Positions 51,732-61,809 of a DNA stretch of 64,000 nt are shown here, piece after piece. The stretch's first letter is position 1. Each line of letters starts with the position of its first letter. Made by a program: the position numbers and the translations under genes. The notes beneath the pieces were generated by a model. That model was not told the DNA's origin, searched no databases, and saw only the letters and a list, made by a program, of their open reading frames with translations. The DNA is from an uncultured Bacteroidaceae bacterium (lineage in GTDB: Bacteria > Bacteroidota > Bacteroidia > Bacteroidales > GCA-2748055): contig CAZLXM010000001.1 in NCBI GenBank assembly GCA_964563105.1, positions 61,622-125,621 on the forward strand, in the 5' to 3' direction.

Positions 51732-51833
51732 AATTCGAATATTAAATTTTTTTATAATTATAGATACTAAAGTCTGAAAAATAGTTTACAGATATTGTTT
51801 TTTAAAAAAAGTATTAGCTGAAAGCCGGCCACT

Positions 51834-53165
51834 TTATTTCAGCATAGGGTTACCTGCCATTCGGGGTAATTTACCTCCACTGCTGCTAAACATTTTCATT
51901 ACTTTACGGGTTTCATCAAATTGCTTTAACAATTTATTTACTTCCTGAATGGATGTTCCGCTTCCGTCTGCAATTCTTTTTCTTCTTGATCCGTTCAGGA
52001 TTCCGGGGTTCTCTCTTTCAAGAGCTGTCATGGAAAAAATAATCGCCTCAATCCCTTTAAATGCATTGTCATCAATATCAAGGTTGCGAATTGCTTTCCC
52101 TACACCCGGGATCATTGAGGCTAAATCTTTAATGTTTCCCATCTTTTTAATTTGTTGTATCTGAGAGAGGAAGTCATTAAAATTAAACTGATTTTTAGCA
52201 ATTTTCTTTTGTAATTTGCGGGCTTCTTCCAGGTCGAACTGTTCCTGTGCTTTTTCAACTAATGATACAATATCACCCATTCCCAGTATCCTGTCAGCCA
52301 TTCTTTCAGGATGAAAAACATCAATAGCATCCAGCTTTTCTCCTGTTCCAATAAATTTTATTGGTTTATTTACTTCGGCTTTTATTGATAAAGCAGCTCC
52401 ACCACGGGTGTCGCCATCAAGTTTGGTTAAAACAACTCCGTCAAAATCAAGTCTTTCATTAAATGAGCGAGCTGTATTTACGGCATCCTGTCCGGTCATT
52501 GAATCCACAACAAATAAAATTTCCTGAGGGTTCACTGCTTCTTTGATTGATGTAATTTCTTTCATCATTTCTTCATCCACTGCCAAACGTCCCGCGGTAT
52601 CAATAATTATAGTATCAAATCCCATATTTTTTGCATATCTGACAGCTTCTTTGGAGATTTTAACAGGATTAAGATTATTTTCTTCAGTAAAAACAGGGAT
52701 ATCAATCTGTTCACCAAGTATTTTGAGCTGTTCAACCGCTGCCGGCCTATATACGTCACCGGCAACAAGAATAGGCCTTTTTCCTTTTTTACTTTTAAGA
52801 TAATTAGCCAGCTTTCCTGAAAATGTTGTTTTACCGGATCCCTGTAAACCTGATATTAAAATAATTGCAGGGGCCCCTTTTAAATTTATATCAACACTCG
52901 TCCCACCCATAAGAGATGCCAGTTCATCATGGACAATCTTTATCATCATCTGTCCGGGCTTAACAGCCTTAAGGACATCCAAACCAAGCGCTTTTGCTTT
53001 TACAGTGTCAGTAAAGTTTTTTGCAATTTTAAAATTCACGTCGGCATCAAGGAGTGCCCTTCTAACATCCTTAAGCGTTTCCGCAATATTGATCTCGGAA
53101 ATTCTGCCTTCACCTTTTAATAGTTTAAAAGATCGTTCCAGTCTGTCACTTAAATTCTCAAACAT
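51834..53165 (-). CDS. ffh: Signal recognition particle protein Ffh
   Basis: 443 aa with the motifs GLQGSGKTT, DTAGR and TKLDGD. The C-terminal M domain is methionine-rich. Confidence 0.97.
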   Translation of the reverse strand: MFENLSDRLERSFKLLKGEGRISEINIAETLKDVRRALLDADVNFKIAKNFTDTVKAKALGLDVLKAVKPGQMMIKIVHDELASLMGGTSVDINLKGAPAIILISGLQGSGKTTFSGKLANYLKSKKGKRPILVAGDVYRPAAVEQLKILGEQIDIPVFTEENNLNPVKISKEAVRYAKNMGFDTIIIDTAGRLAVDEEMMKEITSIKEAVNPQEILFVVDSMTGQDAVNTARSFNERLDFDGVVLTKLDGDTRGGAALSIKAEVNKPIKFIGTGEKLDAIDVFHPERMADRILGMGDIVSLVEKAQEQFDLEEARKLQKKIAKNQFNFNDFLSQIQQIKKMGNIKDLASMIPGVGKAIRNLDIDDNAFKGIEAIIFSMTALERENPGILNGSRRKRIADGSGTSIQEVNKLLKQFDETRKVMKMFSSSGGKLPRMAGNPMLK

Positions 53166-53347
53166 ATATTTTAGAAATTTTATAAGAATAACAAAAATAA
53201 ATAAAAAAGCATCTCTATCAAAGTATGCCTAAAATAAAAACTATACAGGCTATTTCTTATCTTATTAAATACTTTATAAAAAAAAAAGATGGTTTCAATC
53301 TAATCTTCTCAAAATATTTCTAATTTTGACACAATATATTATTTCAT

Positions 53348-54751
53348 ATGGATACGGAAAGAGAAAGAATGCAAGAGGATAACGAGTTTCAACAAGTTAT
53401 TGAACGATATGAAGATATGGTAAGAAAAAGCAATACACGCTTTTTTGATGTGGAGGAGTTTGAACTTATTATTGATTATTATCTTGATCTGCGTCAATTC
53501 AATAAGGCATATGAAGCTGCAGAAATTGCAATATCACAACATCCAAACTCACCTGATATTCTGATAAAAATTATTCATATATATATTGAAAATGGAAAAC
53601 CATTACAGGCAATTGAACTAATAAATAAGTTGCCTGAATGGCAAAAGGAAAACCCTGAATTGTATCTTCTCAAAGGTTGTGCTTATACAGACCTGGGCAG
53701 AATACGGGAAGCTGAAAAGCTTTTTGAACTGGCCCTTGAAAAATCAGAAGATGATAAAGTCGATATTTTGATTAATATTTCAATGACCTATGAAAATATC
53801 AGGCAATACAGGCTTGCAGTTAAATATCTTTTAAAAGCCTGGGGACTTGAATCTGATAACCTTGCTGTGCTCTATGATCTTGGATATTTTTATGAAAAAT
53901 TACATAATTATAAACAAAGTGTGAGATTTTATAATTTATATCTCGATGAAGACCCCTTCTCTGATAATGTATGGTTCAATTTAGGTATAGTTTATTATAA
54001 ACTTTTGGAAACCGAAAAATCTTTGGAAGCTTATGATTATGCAATAGCACTTAATCCTTCTTACGCATCTGCCTACTTTAATAAAGCAAATATTTATGCG
54101 GAAAATAATGACTTTAAAAATGCAATCAATATTTATAATGATTTTCTTGAATTAGAACCTGAAAATATTCAGGCATGGTGTTATCTGGCAGAATGTTATG
54201 AGGAATCAGGAGATTATAACAATTCACTGAAAATTTATAAAAAAGTTATTGATATAGATAATACAAATCCGGAAGGCTGGTTTGGTTCCGGAATAAGCTA
54301 TTATTATCTAAAAAGAATTGAGGAAGCTATTGCCTATATTCTCAAAGCAATTGAATTTGATAATAAAAACTCTGAATATTGGTATACACTTGCAGATATT
54401 TATGAAGGCATGGGGTCACTGAATGAAGCTGTTACCTGCTACAGGCAAACTACAAAATTAGACCCAAATGACTATGAAGCCTGGATCAGGTGGGCTACTC
54501 TTTATATTAATAAAACTGAATATAAAAAGGCTTTAACTGTTCTGCATGAAGCTTACAGACATAATTTTAATATGTCACGTATTTTGTATTATATTGCCGC
54601 TGCCTATTTTAAATTAAATGATCCGCAGTCAGGACTGGCTTTTATTGAAAAGGGCCTCGCAATAAATGAAAAAGAATTGGAAGAATTTTTTATTCTTTAT
54701 CCTGAAGGGAAAAATGACGACCGTATAAAAAACCTGCTTAAAAATAATTAA
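53348..54751 (+). CDS. Tetratricopeptide (TPR) repeat protein
   Basis: 467 aa with repeated 34-residue A/Y/L-pattern units (e.g. AWCYLAECYEESGDYNNSLKIYKKVIDIDNTN). Confidence 0.8.
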   Translation: MDTERERMQEDNEFQQVIERYEDMVRKSNTRFFDVEEFELIIDYYLDLRQFNKAYEAAEIAISQHPNSPDILIKIIHIYIENGKPLQAIELINKLPEWQKENPELYLLKGCAYTDLGRIREAEKLFELALEKSEDDKVDILINISMTYENIRQYRLAVKYLLKAWGLESDNLAVLYDLGYFYEKLHNYKQSVRFYNLYLDEDPFSDNVWFNLGIVYYKLLETEKSLEAYDYAIALNPSYASAYFNKANIYAENNDFKNAINIYNDFLELEPENIQAWCYLAECYEESGDYNNSLKIYKKVIDIDNTNPEGWFGSGISYYYLKRIEEAIAYILKAIEFDNKNSEYWYTLADIYEGMGSLNEAVTCYRQTTKLDPNDYEAWIRWATLYINKTEYKKALTVLHEAYRHNFNMSRILYYIAAAYFKLNDPQSGLAFIEKGLAINEKELEEFFILYPEGKNDDRIKNLLKNN

Positions 54752-54756
54752 TCACT

Positions 54757-55539
54757 ATGAATTTCAACTTGCCTTTTTCTCCGGAAAGATCTTCCCGGCC
54801 ACGGGAATATGGCCTGACAATGATGATGGATAAAGGTTTATCTGTTAAAGAAGCTGAAGGATTTATAGAATCATCTGCTGAATATACTGATCTTGTAAAA
54901 CTAGGCTTTGGTACTGCCCTGATCACAAAAAACCTGGTTGAAAAAGTAAATTTATATAAATCAGCCGGCCTAAATCCTTATTTTGGAGGTACTTTGTTCG
55001 AATTGTTCATTATCCGGGGAATGTTTAAAGAGTATAGAGATTTTATTAAAAAATGCGGACTGGAATACCTTGAAATTTCAGACGGAAGTATCAAAATGGA
55101 TCATAATGAAAAGTTAAAATATATTAAAGAATTAAGTAAAGATTTTACGGTTATTTCTGAAGTCGGATATAAAGTAAAGAACGTGGAATTAAGTCCCGAT
55201 GAATGGGTTGAAAACATGCAGAGTGAGCTGGAATCCGGATCATGGAAAGTAATTGCTGAGGCAAGGGAAAGTGGCACTATTGGAATTTATCATCCTGATG
55301 GCTCTGTAAATAAAGACATTATTTCAGGTATAACAAATAAGATCCCCCATGAAAAAATAATCTGGGAAGCTCCCAATAAGAATCAACAGGTTTATTTCAT
55401 AAGCCTTTTAGGTGCAAATACAAATCTTGGCAATATTGCACCATTTGAAATAGTAGCTTTAGAAGCATTACGTCTGGGATTCAGAGGTGATACATTCTTT
55501 AATTTTTTACCTGATAAATTCCTTAAATATAAGTTATGA
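54757..55539 (+). CDS. Phosphosulfolactate synthase (ComA/YitD) family protein
   Basis: 260 aa with the blocks PRE.G, VKLGFGTALI, YFGGTLFE, LEISDGS, ISEVG, EARESGT, EAPNK and ALEALRLGFRGDTFF. These align block by block with my recollection of B. subtilis YitD and methanogen ComA. Confidence 0.75.
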   Translation: MNFNLPFSPERSSRPREYGLTMMMDKGLSVKEAEGFIESSAEYTDLVKLGFGTALITKNLVEKVNLYKSAGLNPYFGGTLFELFIIRGMFKEYRDFIKKCGLEYLEISDGSIKMDHNEKLKYIKELSKDFTVISEVGYKVKNVELSPDEWVENMQSELESGSWKVIAEARESGTIGIYHPDGSVNKDIISGITNKIPHEKIIWEAPNKNQQVYFISLLGANTNLGNIAPFEIVALEALRLGFRGDTFFNFLPDKFLKYKL

Positions 55540-56447
55540 GAAACGCCGGAAATTATACAGGCCTTCTGATTAAGGGCCTGACAATGGGGGCTACAGATAT
55601 TATACCAGGTGTCTCAGGCGGAACCATAGCTTTTATAACCGGCATTTATGAAGAATTAATTTCTTCAATAAAATCTATTGATTTAAATGCCTTAAAACTG
55701 TTATTCTCATTTAAACTTAAAGAATTCTGGAAACATATAAACGGAAACTTTCTTATTACTGTAGCAACAGGCATATTAATTGGCATATTTTCCCTGTCTC
55801 ATCTTATTGAATATCTGCTTTTAAATCATCCTGTAAATATATGGTCCTTTTTCTTTGGTTTGATTCTCGCATCTGCAGTTTTTATCTTTAAAAATTATCT
55901 TAAAGCAAAAAGGCAGCTAATTCTTTCCCTTATAAGCGGAATAGTTATTGCATATTGGATTACATCAATATCTCCCGCAGAAACATCAAATGCATATTGG
56001 TTTATTTTTGTTTCCGGGGTAATCGCAATATGTGCCATGATACTACCAGGTATTTCCGGAAGTTTTATTTTATTGCTCTTAGGTAAATATCAGTTTATTT
56101 TAAATGCTGTTAATGAACTTAAAATAGATATCCTTGCTGTTTTTATATTGGGTGCTTTAATAGGGATTATTAGCTTTTCAAATCTTTTATCCTGGTTATT
56201 AAAAAGATTTCATGATGTTACTATTATACTTTTAGCTGGTTTTATGCTGGGGTCCCTTAATAAAATCTGGCCATGGAAAGAAGTAACAGCTACTTATACC
56301 GATAAATATGGTCATATTAAACCACTTACGGAAATAAATGTTTTTCCGGAGTCATTAAATAGTTTTTTAATGGCTATGATCTTTGCCGTTTTAGGAATAG
56401 CAGTTGTTATTATTATAGAATATATAAGCAAATCTCTGAAAAAATGA
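55536..56447 (+). CDS. DUF368-family polytopic membrane protein (PopT-type candidate undecaprenyl-phosphate translocase)
   Basis: 303 aa. The duplicated motif occurs as IPGVSGGTIAFITGIYEE and LPGISGSFILLLLGKY. An ATGA overlap joins it to the upstream gene. Confidence 0.75.
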   Translation: MRNAGNYTGLLIKGLTMGATDIIPGVSGGTIAFITGIYEELISSIKSIDLNALKLLFSFKLKEFWKHINGNFLITVATGILIGIFSLSHLIEYLLLNHPVNIWSFFFGLILASAVFIFKNYLKAKRQLILSLISGIVIAYWITSISPAETSNAYWFIFVSGVIAICAMILPGISGSFILLLLGKYQFILNAVNELKIDILAVFILGALIGIISFSNLLSWLLKRFHDVTIILLAGFMLGSLNKIWPWKEVTATYTDKYGHIKPLTEINVFPESLNSFLMAMIFAVLGIAVVIIIEYISKSLKK

Positions 56448-57217
56448 AATTATATGGGCTTATTGGATATCCCTTACATCATTCATTTTCACAAGGATAT
56501 TTTCGCGAAAAATTCAAACTGGAAAAGTTACATAATCATGCATATCTTAATTTTCCAATAAAAAATATTGAGGAAGTATTCGACATAATTAATGACCATC
56601 CTCTTCTGCTTGGCTTTAATGTTACAATTCCATATAAAGAAAAAATTATTAGTTTTCTTAATAAAATAAGTAAGGACGCAAAAATAATTGGAGCCGTTAA
56701 TACAGTGTTAATCAACAGGGAAGCTGAAAATTTCAGCCTGACAGGATATAATACAGATATTTATGGTTTTAAAAATTCATTACTTCCAATTCTAAAACCC
56801 GATATTACAAATGCCCTTATCCTTGGCACGGGAGGATCTTCAAAAGCCGTTAAATACGTTTTAAACTCTCTTAAAATAAGCTATTTGATGGTAAGTCGTA
56901 AAGAAAACAACAGCTTCCTAAATTATAAAGATATTGACAGGAGTATAATGGAGAAACATCAACTTATTATTAATACCACTCCTCTTGGTACATTCCCTGA
57001 AATAAATACTTTTCCTGATATCCCTTACAACTATATCTCATCATCTCATATACTCTTTGATCTGGTATATAATCCATCTGAAACAATATTCCTCAGGGAA
57101 GGGAAAAAAAGAGGTGCAATTGTAAAAAATGGCCTTGATATGTTACATCAACAGGCTGAACAATCATGGAGGATATGGAATAATCCTGATTTGTTTCCAA
57201 CTATAAAGCTGGCATAA
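56444..57217 (+). CDS. aroE: Shikimate dehydrogenase
   Basis: 257 aa with the blocks SFSQGYF, NVTIPYK, GAVNT and GTGGSSKA. An ATGA overlap joins it to the upstream gene. Confidence 0.85.
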   Translation: MKLYGLIGYPLHHSFSQGYFREKFKLEKLHNHAYLNFPIKNIEEVFDIINDHPLLLGFNVTIPYKEKIISFLNKISKDAKIIGAVNTVLINREAENFSLTGYNTDIYGFKNSLLPILKPDITNALILGTGGSSKAVKYVLNSLKISYLMVSRKENNSFLNYKDIDRSIMEKHQLIINTTPLGTFPEINTFPDIPYNYISSSHILFDLVYNPSETIFLREGKKRGAIVKNGLDMLHQQAEQSWRIWNNPDLFPTIKLA

Positions 57218-57250
57218 AAGTTAGTTTCAATCTTCCTTTTAAAACGGGAT

Positions 57251-58054
57251 TTAATTTATTAGAAAATAGGGGAATTCCTGTTTAGGCACTTTAATTCCAT
57301 ATTCTTCCGGATAGCTGATCCCTGTTAAAAAAAGACCCTTTGCCTCTGCAGATTTACCGGCAAAACTACGATCTTTTTTTTCAATAATAACTTTTAACTC
57401 TTCAGCTTTTCTTTTGCCGATCCCTATTTCAAGCATAGTGCCTGCAATCGACCTGACCATATTTCTTAAGAACCTGTTCGCTGTTACCTTATATATGAGA
57501 TAATCATCTATTTCTATCCATTCTGACCAGGTGATTTCACATAAATTAGTACCTGCACTTCCATGTAACCTGGCAAAACTTGTAAAATCATTATATTCTT
57601 TTAAAATGGAAGCAGCCTTTTGCATGCTGCCTAAATCGAGATCTCCATAAATATATGTGGAAAAATCTTTCATAAAACAAGATTTTTTTCGTGCAACTAC
57701 ATATTGATATGTCCGGCTGATTGCACTATAGCGGGCATGAAAGCAATTTGTGGTTTTTTGTACACTGCGAACGTAAATATCTTTGGGCAGAATTCTGTTT
57801 AATCTAAATAAAAAGTTTTTATCCTTATCAGGTAATTCTCCGGCAGAGCAAAAATGGGCAATAAAAAAAGATGCATGGACACCCTTATCTGTACGACCTG
57901 CACCATATGTCATTACTTCTTCCTTCATGAGTAATTGTAAGGCATTATTTAATACAGATTGTACTGATAAAGACTTTGGCTGCAACTGCCATCCATAATA
58001 TTCAGTGCCTTTAAAAGAAAAGTTGAGTATATATTTATTTAGTGTATTAGCCAT
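57251..58054 (-). CDS. truA: tRNA pseudouridine(38-40) synthase TruA
   Basis: 267 aa with GTEYYGWQLQP and the catalytic-Asp block GRTDKGVHA. Confidence 0.9.
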   Translation of the reverse strand: MANTLNKYILNFSFKGTEYYGWQLQPKSLSVQSVLNNALQLLMKEEVMTYGAGRTDKGVHASFFIAHFCSAGELPDKDKNFLFRLNRILPKDIYVRSVQKTTNCFHARYSAISRTYQYVVARKKSCFMKDFSTYIYGDLDLGSMQKAASILKEYNDFTSFARLHGSAGTNLCEITWSEWIEIDDYLIYKVTANRFLRNMVRSIAGTMLEIGIGKRKAEELKVIIEKKDRSFAGKSAEAKGLFLTGISYPEEYGIKVPKQEFPYFLIN

Positions 58055-58438
58055 GATTTACTGTTACAGATTATTTTTTAAATAATAATTTGATTAAGAT
58101 GATTACAAAGTGTTTAACAATAAACGATTAGTATATCTAAATATTAATATTTTTAATTTTAGTTTAACAAACATACCGAAAATTTTTCCGCCCGGGAAAA
58201 GCCAATTTAAAAGAATTATTTTTTTGGTTTAAATTATTTTCTTTTACTTTTGTCATTTTTGACAGATCTGTTCTATAACATTTTGAAATTACTACAAGAT
58301 TGAAATATAAAAATAATATTTCTCTTATGCAGATTTAATATTACACCAAAAAAACCGATTTCTCGCTATTCATCTTAACTACCGGCGTAAAATTCAGAAT
58401 ATGGCATATGTATTTTTTAATTCTTAAAAATCAATATT

Positions 58439-60670
58439 ATGATTATTTCAAATTTAATCTCAAGAACAAATTTATTATCTCTGTTTATTTTGATAAATAC
58501 TTTTTTACTTTCTGCCCAGAACATGGAACAGGGAATTAGTGGCACGGTTAAAGATGCCTCAGACCAAAAGGGCCTTGAATCTGTCAATCTTATTTTGGCA
58601 GGTACAAAGTATGGTACAATCAGTATTTATGACGGAAGTTTTGAAATTAATGAAGTTCCGGAAGGAAGATATGAGCTCCAGGCTTCTATGGTTGGATATC
58701 AGCCGGTTAGTAAGATAGTTATCGTGAAAAAGAATTCCTTTACTTTTGTTACTTTAGAGTTAAAGCAGGAGGTGATAGCCTTTGATTCGGTTGTAGTTTA
58801 TGGAAGAAAACAACAGAATTATATAGCTACTCCAAATCTCGAACCCTTATCGCTGACTGCCGTAACGAGCAAGGTTACCAGAGAAGAAATAGCAAGACAG
58901 GGATCTGTCACGCTAATTGATGCTTTGAAATATGTCCCCGGTTCCCTGACCGAATCAAGAGGTAGAAAAGTTAAAGATTTCTTCTCCGTCAGGGGCCAAA
59001 AGTATCCTTATCCGGATTATGCCATAAATGGTATTTGGCAAAAAGAATTTCATGAGTTGCCTTACTTTATATCAGCCAGTGATATTGAACAAGTGGAAAT
59101 AATCCGTTCAAGTGCTGCCTTAATAACCGGTCTTTCAGGTTTAAGCGGTATCGTTAATATAAAAACGAGGAGTTATGAAAAGACAGAAACTTCTGCTGAA
59201 ATGGAATACGGTACGTTTAATAGTATGCACTTTCATGCATCCCACGGAGGAAAACATAATAATTTCTCTTACGCTACAGGTTTGGGCTATGATAAAACTG
59301 ACGGGCCGGAAAATAAAAATGCAGCCGAAAAAATTGGAAATGTTTATGGCAGATTTCAATGGCAGCCATCGGAAAAATTTGATATAAATGCAAGTTTATA
59401 TTTTCTGAATGGTATGAGAGAGATTGGACTGGCTGTGGAACCTGCAACAAAAAAATTAAAAGAAAAACTTACATCCTATAACCAGATTCGTAGTACTCTT
59501 TCAAATGTTAGATTTAAATACACTCCAAATAGCAAAGCATCTACCGAATTATACCTTTTTTATTCAGACAGAAAGCCAATTCATAAAGCAATTGACATGA
59601 ATACTCAGGATGTTACCAAAACTCCGGAATATGATCATGAATATGGTTTAAACCTGATTCAGGCATTAAGCCTTTCAAGCACAAATACCCTGAGATTTGG
59701 TGGTTTGTATAATCATTGGATAGCTCCTGACGGAAAGAGATTTTATATTGGAAGGCCCTGCGACCTGGAAACTATTTCAGGTGTTATTACAGATGAACAA
59801 ATTTTTGGGTCTTTTGCTATTGATGCCGGATTTAGATGGGCAAAAACATATATGAATGAATATGGGGCTTTTGATATAGGTGAAAGCGGAGCACAATTCA
59901 AAGATGTCGTTCCGATTGTTAATGAATGGCAACCCTCAATACTTCAGGCCTCTTTAGGATTGACATGGAATATTTCAGGTAGTTCAGCCATCTTCTACCA
60001 TTCAGCCCTTGGTAATATTAAGCCAAGAGAAGGCTCCCTGACCGAAGATTTTACTGATCCTGTAAATGAAAATCGCTTTAAATTTGATCTTGGATTTCAA
60101 AGCAAAATATTTGAAAGTGGCAATATTACACTAACCGGTTTCCTGGTGAATCAAAAAAATGCTATCAGCCTTAGCGGCGGAACATATGAACAAAACGGAA
60201 TTACTCTGGAATTTTATCAAAACCGGAATGAAGATCACTTTGGAATTGAAACAGAAATAATAAGTCCAAAAATCGGGAATCTTTTTTCAGTATTTGCAAA
60301 CTTTACCGCAATGCGTTCAAGAGCTGAAGAAGAAGGAGAAATGGTGAAAAATAAAGAATTTCCGGAAAGAATTACTAATGCCGGAGTATTTTTGGAAAAA
60401 TACGGATTTGATCTGAATATATATGCAAAACATGTAAGTTATTTTGAAAGTAGCCGTTTTGTGGCACAAGTTCCCAATAGCCCCACTATTTTTGCACCTC
60501 TGGGGGATTTCTTCATAATGGATCTTACAGCGGGTTATTCATTCGGTTCCAAAATCATTTCACGTGCTTATTTAAAAGTAAATAATCTTACTGATAAGAG
60601 ATATTCCACTGTAGCCGGATATCCCGATTTTGGAAGAAGAGTTTATTTCGGAATTACTATTCGAATGTAA
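58439..60670 (+). CDS. TonB-dependent outer-membrane receptor with N-terminal carboxypeptidase-regulatory-like domain
   Basis: 743 aa with a signal peptide. The CarbopepD_reg-like block is ISGTVKDA...GRYELQASMVGYQP. A plug region and a beta-barrel ending in an aromatic-rich C-terminus (RRVYFGITIRM) follow. Confidence 0.85.
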   Translation: MIISNLISRTNLLSLFILINTFLLSAQNMEQGISGTVKDASDQKGLESVNLILAGTKYGTISIYDGSFEINEVPEGRYELQASMVGYQPVSKIVIVKKNSFTFVTLELKQEVIAFDSVVVYGRKQQNYIATPNLEPLSLTAVTSKVTREEIARQGSVTLIDALKYVPGSLTESRGRKVKDFFSVRGQKYPYPDYAINGIWQKEFHELPYFISASDIEQVEIIRSSAALITGLSGLSGIVNIKTRSYEKTETSAEMEYGTFNSMHFHASHGGKHNNFSYATGLGYDKTDGPENKNAAEKIGNVYGRFQWQPSEKFDINASLYFLNGMREIGLAVEPATKKLKEKLTSYNQIRSTLSNVRFKYTPNSKASTELYLFYSDRKPIHKAIDMNTQDVTKTPEYDHEYGLNLIQALSLSSTNTLRFGGLYNHWIAPDGKRFYIGRPCDLETISGVITDEQIFGSFAIDAGFRWAKTYMNEYGAFDIGESGAQFKDVVPIVNEWQPSILQASLGLTWNISGSSAIFYHSALGNIKPREGSLTEDFTDPVNENRFKFDLGFQSKIFESGNITLTGFLVNQKNAISLSGGTYEQNGITLEFYQNRNEDHFGIETEIISPKIGNLFSVFANFTAMRSRAEEEGEMVKNKEFPERITNAGVFLEKYGFDLNIYAKHVSYFESSRFVAQVPNSPTIFAPLGDFFIMDLTAGYSFGSKIISRAYLKVNNLTDKRYSTVAGYPDFGRRVYFGITIRM

Positions 60671-60708
60671 ATTATTGTAATATTTTGGCCTTTTTATAAT
60701 TACCTTTT

Positions 60709-61620
60709 ATGAAATGGCTTGATTATCAAAAAGATTTCAGACATTTTTTAAAACTTGAAAGAGCTTTATCAGAAAATACTATTGATGCATATGCCAGAGA
60801 TATTAATAAACTGATACAATATCTTGAGTATAAGAATTTAATTATTGAACCTGAAGAAGTAAATCCTGAAATTTTAAAGGATTTTCTTAAATGGATCAAT
60901 GATTCCGGTATTGGAGCAAGCACCCAGGCAAGACTTCTTTCCGGCCTAAAAGCTTTTTTCAGCTTTCTTCTTCTTGAAGAAAGAATTGAAACAGACCCTT
61001 CCAGCCTGATTGATTCTCCTAAAACTATCAGAAAACTTCCTGATGTTTTATCGATAACTGAAATAGAGAAGATTATTTCAGTTATCGATCTCAGTAAACC
61101 TGAAGGACATAGGAATAAAGCAATGATCGAAGTGCTTTATGGATGTGGCTTACGAGTTTCTGAACTTACTGGTTTAAGGCTGTCATGTCTCTACCTGGAC
61201 GAAGGTTTTATCAGGATAATAGGGAAAGGAGATAAAGAAAGACTTGTTCCTGTTGGTAATAAAGCTATAAAAGAAATAGAATGTTACCTGGATACTAGAA
61301 ATCAACTTCCCATGATCGATAAACCGGCCAGGGATATTCTTTTTCTTAACAGGCACGGAAGGAAACTTAGCAGGGTTATGGTGTTTACTATAATAAAAGA
61401 ATTAAGTTTAAAGGCCGGGATTAAAAAGAAAGTAAGTCCCCATACTTTCCGGCATTCATTCGCTACCCACCTGATTGAAGGAGGGGCAGATCTTCGGGCT
61501 GTCCAGGAAATGCTTGGCCATGAATCAATTCTTACAACAGAAATTTATACACACCTTGATAATGAATTTCTCAAAGAAACAATTCTTATGTATCATCCAA
61601 GAGCCCGAAAAAAGTTATAA
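60709..61620 (+). CDS. xerD: Site-specific tyrosine recombinase XerD (chromosome dimer resolution type)
   Basis: 303 aa. The catalytic region is GLRVSE...HTFRHSFATHLIEGGADLRAVQEMLGHESILTTEIYTH. No flanking phage or ICE genes are present. Confidence 0.8.
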   Translation: MKWLDYQKDFRHFLKLERALSENTIDAYARDINKLIQYLEYKNLIIEPEEVNPEILKDFLKWINDSGIGASTQARLLSGLKAFFSFLLLEERIETDPSSLIDSPKTIRKLPDVLSITEIEKIISVIDLSKPEGHRNKAMIEVLYGCGLRVSELTGLRLSCLYLDEGFIRIIGKGDKERLVPVGNKAIKEIECYLDTRNQLPMIDKPARDILFLNRHGRKLSRVMVFTIIKELSLKAGIKKKVSPHTFRHSFATHLIEGGADLRAVQEMLGHESILTTEIYTHLDNEFLKETILMYHPRARKKL

Positions 61621-61726
61621 ACTGCCCGACCTGATTAAAGAAAACGAATTCATTATTTACAATTTCCTGGTTAATAAAAAAAGTAATCCCCGAGCTTATT
61701 TAGAATCAATCTAAATTTATTTTAGG

Positions 61727-61734
61727 TACATTTG
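61727..61734 (+). promoter_or_regulatory. Candidate -7 promoter element for ppdK (TACATTTG)
   Basis: It matches TAnnTTTG and lies about 75 nt upstream of the ppdK ATG. Confidence 0.3.
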
Positions 61735-61809
61735 TGTTTTTAAATTTTCACTTTAAATTCTGATAATTTAATTAAAGTTTAAATAAGTAACGAAAGAAAG
61801 GAGACAAAT

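Noticed and set aside
51804-51843. A hairpin GCTGAAA(N13)TTTCAGC overlapping the ffh stop codon, followed on the minus strand by a U7 run, as a possible ffh terminator.
   Set aside because: The U-tract is separated from the stem by 6 nt. The stem is only 7 bp, A/U-rich at its base, and partly inside the CDS. This is too weak to report as a feature.
60709-61620. A tyrosine recombinase as a marker of an integrated mobile element.
   Set aside because: The length, motifs and N-terminal SAM-like domain fit housekeeping XerD. The neighbours are a TonB-dependent receptor and ppdK. No att repeats, excisionase, transfer genes or phage genes are present.
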